In this document: one piece after another, positions 55,902-64,000 of the stretch
Position numbering within the stretch: the stretch's first letter is position 1
How the letters are laid out: each line of letters opens with the position of its first letter
Assembly: GCA_016214885.1 (NCBI GenBank)
Contig: JACRMP010000005.1
Span: 134,725 to 198,724, forward strand
Length of the DNA stretch: 64,000 nucleotides
Origin: Candidatus Gottesmanbacteria bacterium
GTDB lineage: Bacteria > Patescibacteriota > Microgenomatia > UBA10105 > UBA927
Reading direction: 5' to 3'
Notes under the pieces: generated by a model
Databases searched by the model: none
Told to the model about the DNA's origin: nothing
What the model saw: only the letters and a program-made list of their open reading frames with translations
Program-made: the position numbers and the translations under genes

Positions 55902-56795
55902 TTATTGCATGCGGTTGGTTAGGTAGGACAGGTATGACTGGTAAAATAATCGTCCGAATAATCCGAACGTATGGAAGTGTTCGTACGGCGTGTTGTCGTT
56001 ATAAATTGCCCTAGGCGTATAATTACATCCTTTACATATGTCGATTTGTGACCGGTTGCCTTTCCAGAGCTGATGGCGCGCCTCGTTGAATTTTTTAGAA
56101 AACCATACGGACAGCACATGGTGTTTTTTTACATTTCCCATCACTTGTTTCCCAAAGTAGTCGTCACAACACTGTACCGTATTCCCCTCCCAGTTTATGA
56201 CCATGGTAGAGCTTGGCCGGAAACATGGCTTGTTGAGAGGTTTTTTAGGGACAGTAAGGTGGGTGAGTAATCCACCACGATTGTCAAAGAATGCATTGTT
56301 TACCCGTACGGCAATCCGGCGTCTCCATGTGGGGTGATGTTTTTCCACCCATGCCAATACTTCGGCAACATTTGTGTTCACCTTGCCGTCATATTGGCTG
56401 ACATAGACAAGATCAACTCCTGCGCGGATGAGCGAGGTGAGGATATCTGTTTTCAAAAAATCGCCGTTGGTGTTGATTTTGACAAAGGTGTGGGGACACC
56501 GTTTTTTGAGCAGCGTTAAAAGTTTTGGCAGACGCTTGTCCAGTAGTGGCTCACCATACATATGAAGAGACACACGTCCGTCGTAGCCCATATCAGCCAG
56601 ATCGCCGACGATTTTTGTAAACACTTTATCGGGAAGAAAGCCCTTCCCTCTTCCGCGATAAATATTCGGACAAAACGAGCACCGGCGGTTACATATTGAG
56701 GTTGTTTCAATTTCTATGCCGGTGAATACCGGAAACCGTTTGTATTTGATCAGATTTCCCAGGTAAAAATAGAATAAGGTAATAAACTGTTCCAT
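55902..56795 (-). CDS. radical SAM enzyme with C-terminal Cys-rich (SPASM-like) region
   Basis: CNRRCSFC (CxxxCxxC), HMYGEPLL, and C-terminal CCDDYFG and CKGCNY. Confidence 0.6.
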   Translation of the reverse strand: MEQFITLFYFYLGNLIKYKRFPVFTGIEIETTSICNRRCSFCPNIYRGRGKGFLPDKVFTKIVGDLADMGYDGRVSLHMYGEPLLDKRLPKLLTLLKKRCPHTFVKINTNGDFLKTDILTSLIRAGVDLVYVSQYDGKVNTNVAEVLAWVEKHHPTWRRRIAVRVNNAFFDNRGGLLTHLTVPKKPLNKPCFRPSSTMVINWEGNTVQCCDDYFGKQVMGNVKKHHVLSVWFSKKFNEARHQLWKGNRSQIDICKGCNYTPRAIYNDNTPYEHFHTFGLFGRLFYQSYLSYLTNRMQ

Positions 56796-56803
56796 AAGGT
56801 TTG

Positions 56804-57442
56804 TTAAAAGCGTCTTATGATATGGCTAAGCATTGCGGCGTTGCTGTCTTTTTGCTCCACAAGAATAATATCCGCGGTTGTTTTTTTCTGTATGCTATTT
56901 TTTATTTTTTTATTATCCACCAGCACCACATCAGTATTGTTAAGCACGTCCTCGGTAGCGATTTGTGACTCCTGGAAGGGAAATTCAGGAATGTCAGATG
57001 AAATTTGAACTATGCATGCTTTTTCTGCAAAGATTCCCGGAAGAAATAGCCAATGAGGCCGTATGGTAGCGCCTGTTTCCCAAACCACCAACGGGCGCCC
57101 CTTAACAGATCCCTTAAGAATTATATCCGGATGAAATAACCGGACAACATACAGCCAGCAGATCAATAAAAATGTGTTGAGCTGGTGAACGTGCTGGTTC
57201 CGCTCGAATGGGATAAGTCCGAACGGATGAAAGATCATTACATTTTTCCTGGTAAGCAACAGAAGCTTAAAGCCAACGATAGCCCTCCGCAGGCTCAGGG
57301 CGTGTTTGTATGTGTAGATTGAGGTGCCCGTGATGAGGAGTATGTTGTGTTCTTTTTTGAGGAGGTGAATGTGTTTTGCCCACTTGGCAGGGTTTTGACA
57401 CGCGTCATCAGCAAGCAGAATAAGTGTGTTTTTTGATTTCAT
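56804..57442 (-). CDS. hypothetical protein
   Basis: 212-aa ORF that overlaps its neighbours by 4 nt, consistent with the operon. No motif recognised. Confidence 0.35.
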   Translation of the reverse strand: MKSKNTLILLADDACQNPAKWAKHIHLLKKEHNILLITGTSIYTYKHALSLRRAIVGFKLLLLTRKNVMIFHPFGLIPFERNQHVHQLNTFLLICWLYVVRLFHPDIILKGSVKGRPLVVWETGATIRPHWLFLPGIFAEKACIVQISSDIPEFPFQESQIATEDVLNNTDVVLVDNKKIKNSIQKKTTADIILVEQKDSNAAMLSHIIRRF

Positions 57443-58356
57443 GTATGGTTAAAACGGAACCCCCGTGTGTGAACAGCAAGCCGGATTGCGTCGAGTTGGA
57501 ATAATGCTTTGGCTCTCCAGCAATAATGGAGGCAGATAATATTCTGGCGTGCCCGTCGTATTGTATCAAATTGAATGACATATCGCTTTTTGGGAAGCGG
57601 GGTGCGCTCCCTTTTTGCAATCACGCTTCCGACGATGACTTCATCGGATCCGAATTGATTATCAAAGTATGTTGTTTTGAGAATTCCCAGAAGCCTGTTC
57701 ATTGTGGAGAGCTCGAAAAGTGATTTGTCAGGTATACACACCAGCCCGGTGTTAAATAGTGGATTTGCGCCGGGTGCGCTGCTATGGACGAGCAGCTGTC
57801 GGTATGAGTGGTATAAATCTAAATAGCATTCGTCATCGGTATGTTTACGGGTGCGTTCCCTGGGTTCGTATTCGAGGTGGAGCACCTTATTTGGATTGCT
57901 GAGCCATTGTGCTATTTCCGGCGATTTTTGGAAAAAAAGAATATCGGCATCATAAATAATAAACCGTTTAAACGGGCAAACAAGCTTCAGCAGAAGCTTC
58001 CATTTTATGACGGGCGCCTCAGGGGAATCCATAAACTTTTTGATATTCGGGTAGGTCTGCAGAATTGTTTTTGCCCGCCGTAATAGCTGTCCCCTCGTGA
58101 TGATGGTGATGGTAAAATGCCCGGCAAGGCGCTGTTTGTCCTCTGCGGTAAGTGTACCGTCATCAACAACATATAACGGGAGATTTTGGTTAATGGCAAA
58201 AAACAACGAATATACAGCATAGATATACATGGTTACATCCCTGTGACAAAGAAGCGATGCGACACCGGTTTTTCTTGACGGAGCTTTGGCGTCTAAGAAA
58301 ATCCGGGGAAGAGTCGAAAAAATCCCTTGTTTAATGCTATTTTTCAGTTGATACAT
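57439..58356 (-). CDS. putative GT-A-fold glycosyltransferase
   Basis: LYVVDDGT and FIIYDADILFF (DXD-like), consistent with a nucleotide-diphospho-sugar transferase fold. Confidence 0.4.
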   Translation of the reverse strand: MYQLKNSIKQGIFSTLPRIFLDAKAPSRKTGVASLLCHRDVTMYIYAVYSLFFAINQNLPLYVVDDGTLTAEDKQRLAGHFTITIITRGQLLRRAKTILQTYPNIKKFMDSPEAPVIKWKLLLKLVCPFKRFIIYDADILFFQKSPEIAQWLSNPNKVLHLEYEPRERTRKHTDDECYLDLYHSYRQLLVHSSAPGANPLFNTGLVCIPDKSLFELSTMNRLLGILKTTYFDNQFGSDEVIVGSVIAKRERTPLPKKRYVIQFDTIRRARQNIICLHYCWRAKALFQLDAIRLAVHTRGFRFNHT

Positions 58357-58439
58357 TTGGTTAGAAATAAGTGAATGTCATTATAACGTTTGTGCACCAT
58401 ACGGCAACATATTTGGACTAGATTCCCCGTCTGCCTGGG

Positions 58440-59645
58440 TTACTGTGCGTTTAACGCATCAATGATACGGGGGGTAATATACTCCGCAATCATTTTATTT
58501 CCCTCCGGTGATATATGGGCAAAATCAAGGTAAACAGGTTGATCTACATTTGAAAAGACGCCGCTTGCATCAACAAAGTCGGGAAGAGCCAATTCGGTGA
58601 CTTTTTTTGTAATTTCTTTGTATAAACCGGCCGATTCGGTTTTAGAATTTATTACTTCGGTTTCGTCGTCGGTAAGTTTTTTGGTTGCTATGGATGGCTG
58701 CCAAATAAACAGCGTCTTAAACCCGTAGATTTTACTCAGATTTCGCACCATGGCTATGTTTTCTGCGTATATACGTGTAACGTCATCAGGCAATGCTGCG
58801 GTGTTGTGAAATTTAATAAGCCTGTTGTTTTCCTCATTATTCCCTGTACGCAGGATGCGGAAGAACTTAATCGGGTAATCGATTACTTTAATTCTTGATG
58901 CAAGCGAACGCGCCGCTTGCGAAAGATATGAAAAATCGAGCAATGACTGATTGCGGTACGGTACATGGAATGAATAGATGTTTCCCAGTCTGGTACGTAT
59001 TATGTCTTCATACACTGTCTGATTACCAGGAGAATATGTATAAAGATAGCGGGAGTAAAGCTCATTTATCCCGTCATAAAAAACAACCATATCAGGAATA
59101 TTTCCCTGTTTGAGTTGTATGAGTAGGCTTGCTAGCTCCTGTGATGAGTTATAGGCGCTGACGCCAAAGTTAGTAATCCGGTGCACCGGCGCCTTGGTGT
59201 TTAATAATTTGGCAACATGTGACGGAACCGTTTCCCCGTCTGATACGTTCGTACCGAATAGCGTAGATCCGCCGAACATGAAAATTTTTATTTGCTGATG
59301 AGAGATTGTAGCAGGGTTTCCTGTCGTTTCCCGTATACCTAAATCATTAATTGTAATGTGCGGGGTGTTGAGTGGTTTAGGGGTAAAGCTTAATAATGGA
59401 TGGTACTGCGCCTGTATTTTTTCGCTTTCGGTAAGCCACCATTTATTACTGTCTTTTGCATAAAACCAATCATTAGTCATTAGCCCCATTTTTTCTTTGT
59501 ATTCGTACACGCGCCAAAAAACATACCGGGAGAATGATATTGTCTGCAAAATCATCTCCAGAAAAAGTAATCCGGCAATGATTTTTGTTGCGCGCAGGCT
59601 CCGGGAAGTATTTTTTATCGGCAGTGAGCCGGGAGTGTTTTTCAT
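58440..59645 (-). CDS. SGNH/GDSL-family hydrolase or acyltransferase, N-terminal TM
   Basis: IKIFMFGGSTLFGTNVSDGETVPSHVAKLL and C-terminal block DFAHISPEGNKMIAEYI. Confidence 0.5.
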   Translation of the reverse strand: MKNTPGSLPIKNTSRSLRATKIIAGLLFLEMILQTISFSRYVFWRVYEYKEKMGLMTNDWFYAKDSNKWWLTESEKIQAQYHPLLSFTPKPLNTPHITINDLGIRETTGNPATISHQQIKIFMFGGSTLFGTNVSDGETVPSHVAKLLNTKAPVHRITNFGVSAYNSSQELASLLIQLKQGNIPDMVVFYDGINELYSRYLYTYSPGNQTVYEDIIRTRLGNIYSFHVPYRNQSLLDFSYLSQAARSLASRIKVIDYPIKFFRILRTGNNEENNRLIKFHNTAALPDDVTRIYAENIAMVRNLSKIYGFKTLFIWQPSIATKKLTDDETEVINSKTESAGLYKEITKKVTELALPDFVDASGVFSNVDQPVYLDFAHISPEGNKMIAEYITPRIIDALNAQ

Positions 59646-60343
59646 AGGCTGCTGCGTTTTTTTCCGTTATACCGTCCTTTTTCCAGTTCTATAACCCGGT
59701 CGCAGTTCTGCCGGACAAATTCCATCCAGTGCGACACAAGGATAAATGTCTTGTGTTGGCTGATAAGCTTTTGGAGGGCGCGTTGTGATTTGCGTTTAAA
59801 TTTTGCGTCACCTACCCCAAGGCTTTCATCGAGTATTAAAATATCCGGATTGGAGTGGAGGGCAATCGAAAATCCAAGCCGCAGCTTCATGCCAAAAGAA
59901 TAGGTAAACAGCGGCACATCGATAAACTGTCCTATATCTGCAAACGCAATAATCGCCGGCAATGCGCGCTCTATCTGCCGTTTAGACATCCCAAGTAACA
60001 TGCCGTTAAGGTACGCATTTTGCAGTCCAGTAAGATCAGGGTGAAACCCTGCTTCCAGATCAATGAGTGATACCGTTTTTCCGTTACGCACCACCGTGCC
60101 GGTTGTGGGATGGGTAATTCCGGCAATTATTTTTAACAAAGTTGTCTTCCCCGCTCCGTTTGGTCCAACAATCCCTACGCGTTCGCCTTTCCGGATAGTC
60201 AGATTGATATCTCGCAGCGCCCAGAAAATTTCGTTTCGGCCGCGGGTCAGTTTTTCGATGAGCGTGGGCTTATCGTGATGTATTTCATACCGCTTACTTA
60301 CATTCGTAAGCTGGATGGCAATTTCAGGATTTATCTTTTTCAT
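59642..60343 (-). CDS. ABC transporter ATP-binding protein (Wzt/TagH-like polysaccharide exporter)
   Basis: Walker A GIVGPNGAGKTTLLKIIAG; signature FSFGMKLRLGFSIAL; Walker B ILILDE. Confidence 0.85.
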   Translation of the reverse strand: MKKINPEIAIQLTNVSKRYEIHHDKPTLIEKLTRGRNEIFWALRDINLTIRKGERVGIVGPNGAGKTTLLKIIAGITHPTTGTVVRNGKTVSLIDLEAGFHPDLTGLQNAYLNGMLLGMSKRQIERALPAIIAFADIGQFIDVPLFTYSFGMKLRLGFSIALHSNPDILILDESLGVGDAKFKRKSQRALQKLISQHKTFILVSHWMEFVRQNCDRVIELEKGRYNGKKRSSL

Positions 60344-61110
60344 AGCCAGTCGTCAAACAGTTTTGATTCAGATTGGAATACCCAGATACCGATAATGAGG
60401 GTGGCTATGGCAATGGTGCCGTTGCATCCTATCATGGCAAGACCAGGAGCGGGGTAGTTGATGAAGGCATTTTGAAAAAATTGAACTACTGAAGTCATGG
60501 GGTTTAACCGCCAGATAAAAAGTAAAGCCGGAGGCACCGAATAGATGGAATAAACGATTGGCGTGAGGTAGAACCATACGATAAGACCTGCCTGGGTAAA
60601 AAACGTAATATCCCGGTACCGCACGTTGAGTGCCGCCGTAAGCAGGCTGGCTCCCGAAGTAAAGATGATGAGCAGGATAAATCCTAAAATGAATGAGCCC
60701 ACCCGTTCCATCGAAAACATTTGATAATAGAGGGTAAACGGCAGGATGAGTGCAAATGAAAGCAATAGGTTTATCGCGTTTGAAAGTACTATGGACAACG
60801 GAATTATTGCGTGCGGAAATTTGGATTTTTTTATAAGGGAGCGCTCGTTAACGATGGACGATGAGCCTTTGGCAAGGGAAAGCGAGAAAAAATTCCAGGT
60901 CAGCAGTCCGGTAAATAAGTACAAGTTATAGTGGGGTATCGGTTCTTTGATGAAAAGGGGGAAAATAAATCCTATAACTATCATTTGAATGAGAGGGTTA
61001 ATGAATACCCATAAGAATCCAAAAAGGGTGTGTTTGTACCGCGTGGTTAACTCTTTGTGGGTCATGCTGATAAGCAGTTCCCAAAAATGGTGGAGCGCGT
61101 AGCGTTTCAT
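60340..61110 (-). CDS. ABC-2-type permease (Wzm/TagG-like)
   Basis: 256 aa with six TM helices. Its start overlaps the ATPase gene by 4 nt. Confidence 0.75.
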   Translation of the reverse strand: MKRYALHHFWELLISMTHKELTTRYKHTLFGFLWVFINPLIQMIVIGFIFPLFIKEPIPHYNLYLFTGLLTWNFFSLSLAKGSSSIVNERSLIKKSKFPHAIIPLSIVLSNAINLLLSFALILPFTLYYQMFSMERVGSFILGFILLIIFTSGASLLTAALNVRYRDITFFTQAGLIVWFYLTPIVYSIYSVPPALLFIWRLNPMTSVVQFFQNAFINYPAPGLAMIGCNGTIAIATLIIGIWVFQSESKLFDDWL

Positions 61111-61780
61111 GCACCGTATTATACGATATGCTGCACGATTAGGTTATACTGGTGTATTATCGGGTACATATATGATCTCGGTGTTTTATCACTTGACCGT
61201 CATGGTCATTTTTTTGGTATCCCTTCCGCTGCAGGTGTTGATTGCCATACTCATTATGATGATGAGCGGGCTTCCCATTGTCTTCCGGCAGAAGCGCACC
61301 GGCAAGAACGGCGCACCTTTTGTTATGTATAAATTCCGTACGATGGTGAATGGCGCGGAAAAGAAGAAACCGGCTTATGCACACCTTAATGAATCACAGG
61401 GTCCTGCATTTAAGATTCGGAAAGATCCCCGTTTTACGGGAATCGGCGCTTTTTTGAGCCACACCGGGCTTGATGAACTTCCCCAGCTATTTAATGTATT
61501 GCGGGGCGATATGGCCCTTATTGGTCCCCGCCCCCTCCCTATCGCTGAGGCTCAAAAATTAAAACCATGGATGAGGGTGCGTGAACAGATACTCCCCGGC
61601 ATCATCTCCCCCGCCATATTAACCGGTAAATATCATGAGAACTTTGATTCGTGGATGCGCAGTGATGTTTCCTACGTCAAAAAGAAAAACGCCATAGGCG
61701 ACGTACGGCTGTTTTTGCAGAGTTTTTCATTTCTGGCAAGACTGTTTGTCCGGAGTATGGGCATGAAGCAGAGCACTTGA
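61109..61780 (+). CDS. initiating sugar-phosphate transferase (Bac_transf / WbaP-PglC-like)
   Basis: MSGLPIVFRQKRTGKNGAPFVMYKFRTM and DELPQLFNVLRGDMALIGPRP. Confidence 0.85.
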   Translation: MHRIIRYAARLGYTGVLSGTYMISVFYHLTVMVIFLVSLPLQVLIAILIMMMSGLPIVFRQKRTGKNGAPFVMYKFRTMVNGAEKKKPAYAHLNESQGPAFKIRKDPRFTGIGAFLSHTGLDELPQLFNVLRGDMALIGPRPLPIAEAQKLKPWMRVREQILPGIISPAILTGKYHENFDSWMRSDVSYVKKKNAIGDVRLFLQSFSFLARLFVRSMGMKQST

Positions 61781-61881
61781 CAGGACGCCTTCCTTATTAC
61801 ATATACTATATACGTAATGCGCGACAGCAACACGCACAAACAGACATATTTCGTGCCTATTTTTAATAGGTGACATCGTCC

Positions 61882-61904
61882 CCCGGCTTACCGCCGGGTT
61901 TTTT
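61882..61904 (+). terminator. rho-independent terminator after the sugar-transferase gene
   Basis: CCCGGC - ttacc - GCCGGG stem-loop followed by TTTTTT. Confidence 0.5.
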
Positions 61905-61956
61905 ATGGCTGACAGGATTGACAAAGGTGAATATATAATGTTACTATAGGTTAATT

Positions 61957-64000
61957 ATGTTGACTGCTGAGGTTCATACACCAGACAAGAGCATACATGA
62001 CGCGTTATTAATCGACGCTCGACGCCCCAAGTTAGTCGAAACCCTCCCCTTCTGGATGAGCCGTGAATCCCGTGTCCGAGTTGGTGATAATTTTATTGAC
62101 CTCGACGAAACACGCCTCCCCCGTCTTGAGGGGGTCATGGGAGCAGTGCACCTTCTCCGTAAGGGTCAGGCTGAATTTAAGCATGAGGCAATAGCCCCCG
62201 CGAATACTCCTGCAAATAAAGAGCAATCAGGCGCACTATTGGCAGTAAAAGCTATTCTTGAGATGGCCGGGTTATACGGCGGTGCTCAGGCAATGAAGAA
62301 AGGCCGCGGCAAAAACGGTTTATTATTTCTTGGAGGTCTAGGGTTAATGGCAGGAAGCGGAATAGGGCTTACCATGGATTTGTCCGGATGCGGCCCACAG
62401 GGCATAGAAACTCCCCCGGCTATGGTCACCGATATTCCTGCAACGGCAAAGCCCGTTGAGACCAGCACTCCCTCTCTAGGAAATGAGGTGCTTACAGGTA
62501 CTCCCTCGGCGGCTCCGGAAACACCGGCTCCCGTTGGGAGCGTGTATCCTTCTGAGGTTTCCAATATGACCGACCCTAAAGTGTATAGTTATGGCGGGGC
62601 TGAAGGCCGGGCGAATATGAATGAGTATACCCGCGCATTGTTTGATCGGTATATTGCGGAAATGGGTCCCGAGCGCGGAGGATTTTTGACTGGTGCGACC
62701 GTAGAAGAGCTTTATCGCTCGTTTGATAGTGGCTATGATTTCAAGCTGTACACGACCGATGCCGGTCTTGTGTGGCTTGTGCAGAGCAAATCAGACGGGA
62801 GCTTCTTGGTGCCAAAAAATCAGGATGGACAGGTGTTCCGGGATCTTCAGCTTTCCTATGATTATATGTTCCAGAATGGGACTGCTGTTTCGGTGGGAAC
62901 TGATAATTTCGATTTCCAGAAATTTTCGGCAAACCGCGTAGGATTTGTGGGCGCCTGGCCGGTGCTTGTGAGCGTTGATGCACAGAATGTGCCGGTGAGC
63001 TGGGTGAATATGGAGCAGGGAGGGGCAACCGCTCCTATTGTTTTGGCATCTGCTACCGAATTGCCAGAGGTGGCTGTCGCTACCGCAACACCGGATTCCG
63101 GAGTCAGTCTTGTATCTGGTACGGAAACCATTAGGGTGACTACCGACGTGATTCATTCTGAAGAAGTTACCAGCTTATCAATTGATGCCTCCAAAGCCCA
63201 AAAGGTGGGTGACGTTTGGGTGTACACCGACGCGTCGGGGAGATATTTGTGGAATGACGAACGGCAGGCGTGGGCCCCAGAATTTACCACGAGCATGGAT
63301 TATACCCACCCAGAGCTCGCGCCGTTCGTCCCCATGGATGCCTATACGGATGGATCCGCTGCATTGTCCGCGCAGTTATATATGGCAGAACACCCGGGGC
63401 TAATTGAAGCAGACGCTTCCTATCCACATTATATGGTTAATGTTGAGAATAGCGAAGGTTATCATATAAGTTTGATTCCGGTAAACAGAAACGCATTTCC
63501 TGCCGATAAAATCACTACTTTAACCGCAAATACAAATAAACCATTTGAATACCTCGGACTTCAGCAAACAACCGATTCTGCAGGGCACGTTATTTACGTT
63601 GTTGTGAAAGAAAACTGGAATCCTGTTCCCGGAAATGAGAGTCAGACGCTCCCGACGTTCCATGGTTTTGATAAAGCAGCGTATAACGAGTGGATCAAGT
63701 ATCCATTAATACTGAAATTCCTTACAAATGACACGAATCCTTTTGGACAGTTATTGCCTATTTTCCCTGCTCCTCCGGGCAGCTACGCCGAACCGGCTGA
63801 AACCTATGCCTACTGGAGCCAACCTGCAAATCCCCATGTTCGTGCACTGAATGGTCAGAATTCGATAACTATTTTTCCTGCAGATATACAAGCCGCTATC
63901 AAAGCAATGTATGCAAAGGTCGGGGAAAATTATGATCCTGTCACCAACCCCAAAAGTATTTCCTTGTCCCAGCTTCCTGAAGGGCTTTCGCGGATGATTC
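61957..64000 (+). CDS. large hypothetical surface protein, N-terminal part only (runs off window end)
   Basis: Hand-translated frame is open from the stop at 61936..61938 to 64000 and is absent from the ORF track. Candidate starts lie at 61957, 62137, 62263 and 62293. A hydrophobic anchor LLFLGGLGLMAGSGIGLTMDLSGCGPQ (lipobox-like LSGC) is followed by a Thr/Pro-rich linker and a large soluble domain. Confidence 0.45.
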   Translation, partial: MLTAEVHTPDKSIHDALLIDARRPKLVETLPFWMSRESRVRVGDNFIDLDETRLPRLEGVMGAVHLLRKGQAEFKHEAIAPANTPANKEQSGALLAVKAILEMAGLYGGAQAMKKGRGKNGLLFLGGLGLMAGSGIGLTMDLSGCGPQGIETPPAMVTDIPATAKPVETSTPSLGNEVLTGTPSAAPETPAPVGSVYPSEVSNMTDPKVYSYGGAEGRANMNEYTRALFDRYIAEMGPERGGFLTGATVEELYRSFDSGYDFKLYTTDAGLVWLVQSKSDGSFLVPKNQDGQVFRDLQLSYDYMFQNGTAVSVGTDNFDFQKFSANRVGFVGAWPVLVSVDAQNVPVSWVNMEQGGATAPIVLASATELPEVAVATATPDSGVSLVSGTETIRVTTDVIHSEEVTSLSIDASKAQKVGDVWVYTDASGRYLWNDERQAWAPEFTTSMDYTHPELAPFVPMDAYTDGSAALSAQLYMAEHPGLIEADASYPHYMVNVENSEGYHISLIPVNRNAFPADKITTLTANTNKPFEYLGLQQTTDSAGHVIYVVVKENWNPVPGNESQTLPTFHGFDKAAYNEWIKYPLILKFLTNDTNPFGQLLPIFPAPPGSYAEPAETYAYWSQPANPHVRALNGQNSITIFPADIQAAIKAMYAKVGENYDPVTNPKSISLSQLPEGLSRMI

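Noticed and set aside
61918-61947. TTGACA-N18-TACTAT promoter-like element before the 61957 ORF
   Set aside because: The -10 would sit only 9 nt before the first candidate ATG with no RBS, and the true start of the gene is ambiguous. Left unannotated.
1-64000. Scan for CRISPR repeats, tRNA/rRNA genes, integrases/transposases and toxin-antitoxin pairs
   Set aside because: No direct-repeat arrays with regular spacing, no cloverleaf-sized conserved gaps between genes, and no recombinase-like ORF were seen. Intergenic space is minimal throughout.

Overview
The window is dense, operon-organised bacterial chromosome that spans the replication origin (dnaA and dnaN with DnaA-box clusters at about 32.45-34.12 kb). 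Four blocks stand out. (1) A long minus-strand operon headed by an ECF sigma factor, carrying a complete mevalonate pathway and ending in UppS: HMG-CoA reductase, archaeal-type HMG-CoA synthase, thiolase and DUF35 OB-fold protein, two GHMP kinases and diphosphomevalonate decarboxylase. (2) A Gram-positive-type type IV secretion-like system. It has eight paralogous TrbC/VirB2-like mini-pilin genes (two near 4.2-5.0 kb and six in tandem at 13.7-15.9 kb), a VirB6/TrbL-like polytopic membrane protein, a 1205-aa tail-anchored protein of unknown function, a VirD4-like ATPase, a VirB4-like ATPase, an M23-peptidase cell-wall hydrolase and accessory membrane proteins. No relaxase was found. (3) dnaA/dnaN/oriC, with nadD nearby. 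(4) A roughly 26-kb surface-glycan locus (36.1-61.8 kb). It contains GT4, GT2 and GT-C glycosyltransferases, an FdtA-like isomerase plus DegT aminotransferase, an O-carbamoyltransferase flanked by SxtK/DUF5989-like mini-ORFs, three SGNH hydrolase paralogs, two radical SAM/SPASM enzymes, an O-methyltransferase, Wzx/Wzy-like proteins, a Wzm/Wzt ABC exporter and an initiating sugar-phosphate transferase. The combination of small genes, a multi-copy mini-pilin array with VirB4, VirB6 and VirD4, and an archaeal-type mevalonate module suggests a small-genome, possibly Patescibacteria/CPR-like organism; this is inference only. Both window ends are cut inside genes that the ORF track omits because they have no in-window stop. 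No rRNA, tRNA, CRISPR array or transposase was recognised.
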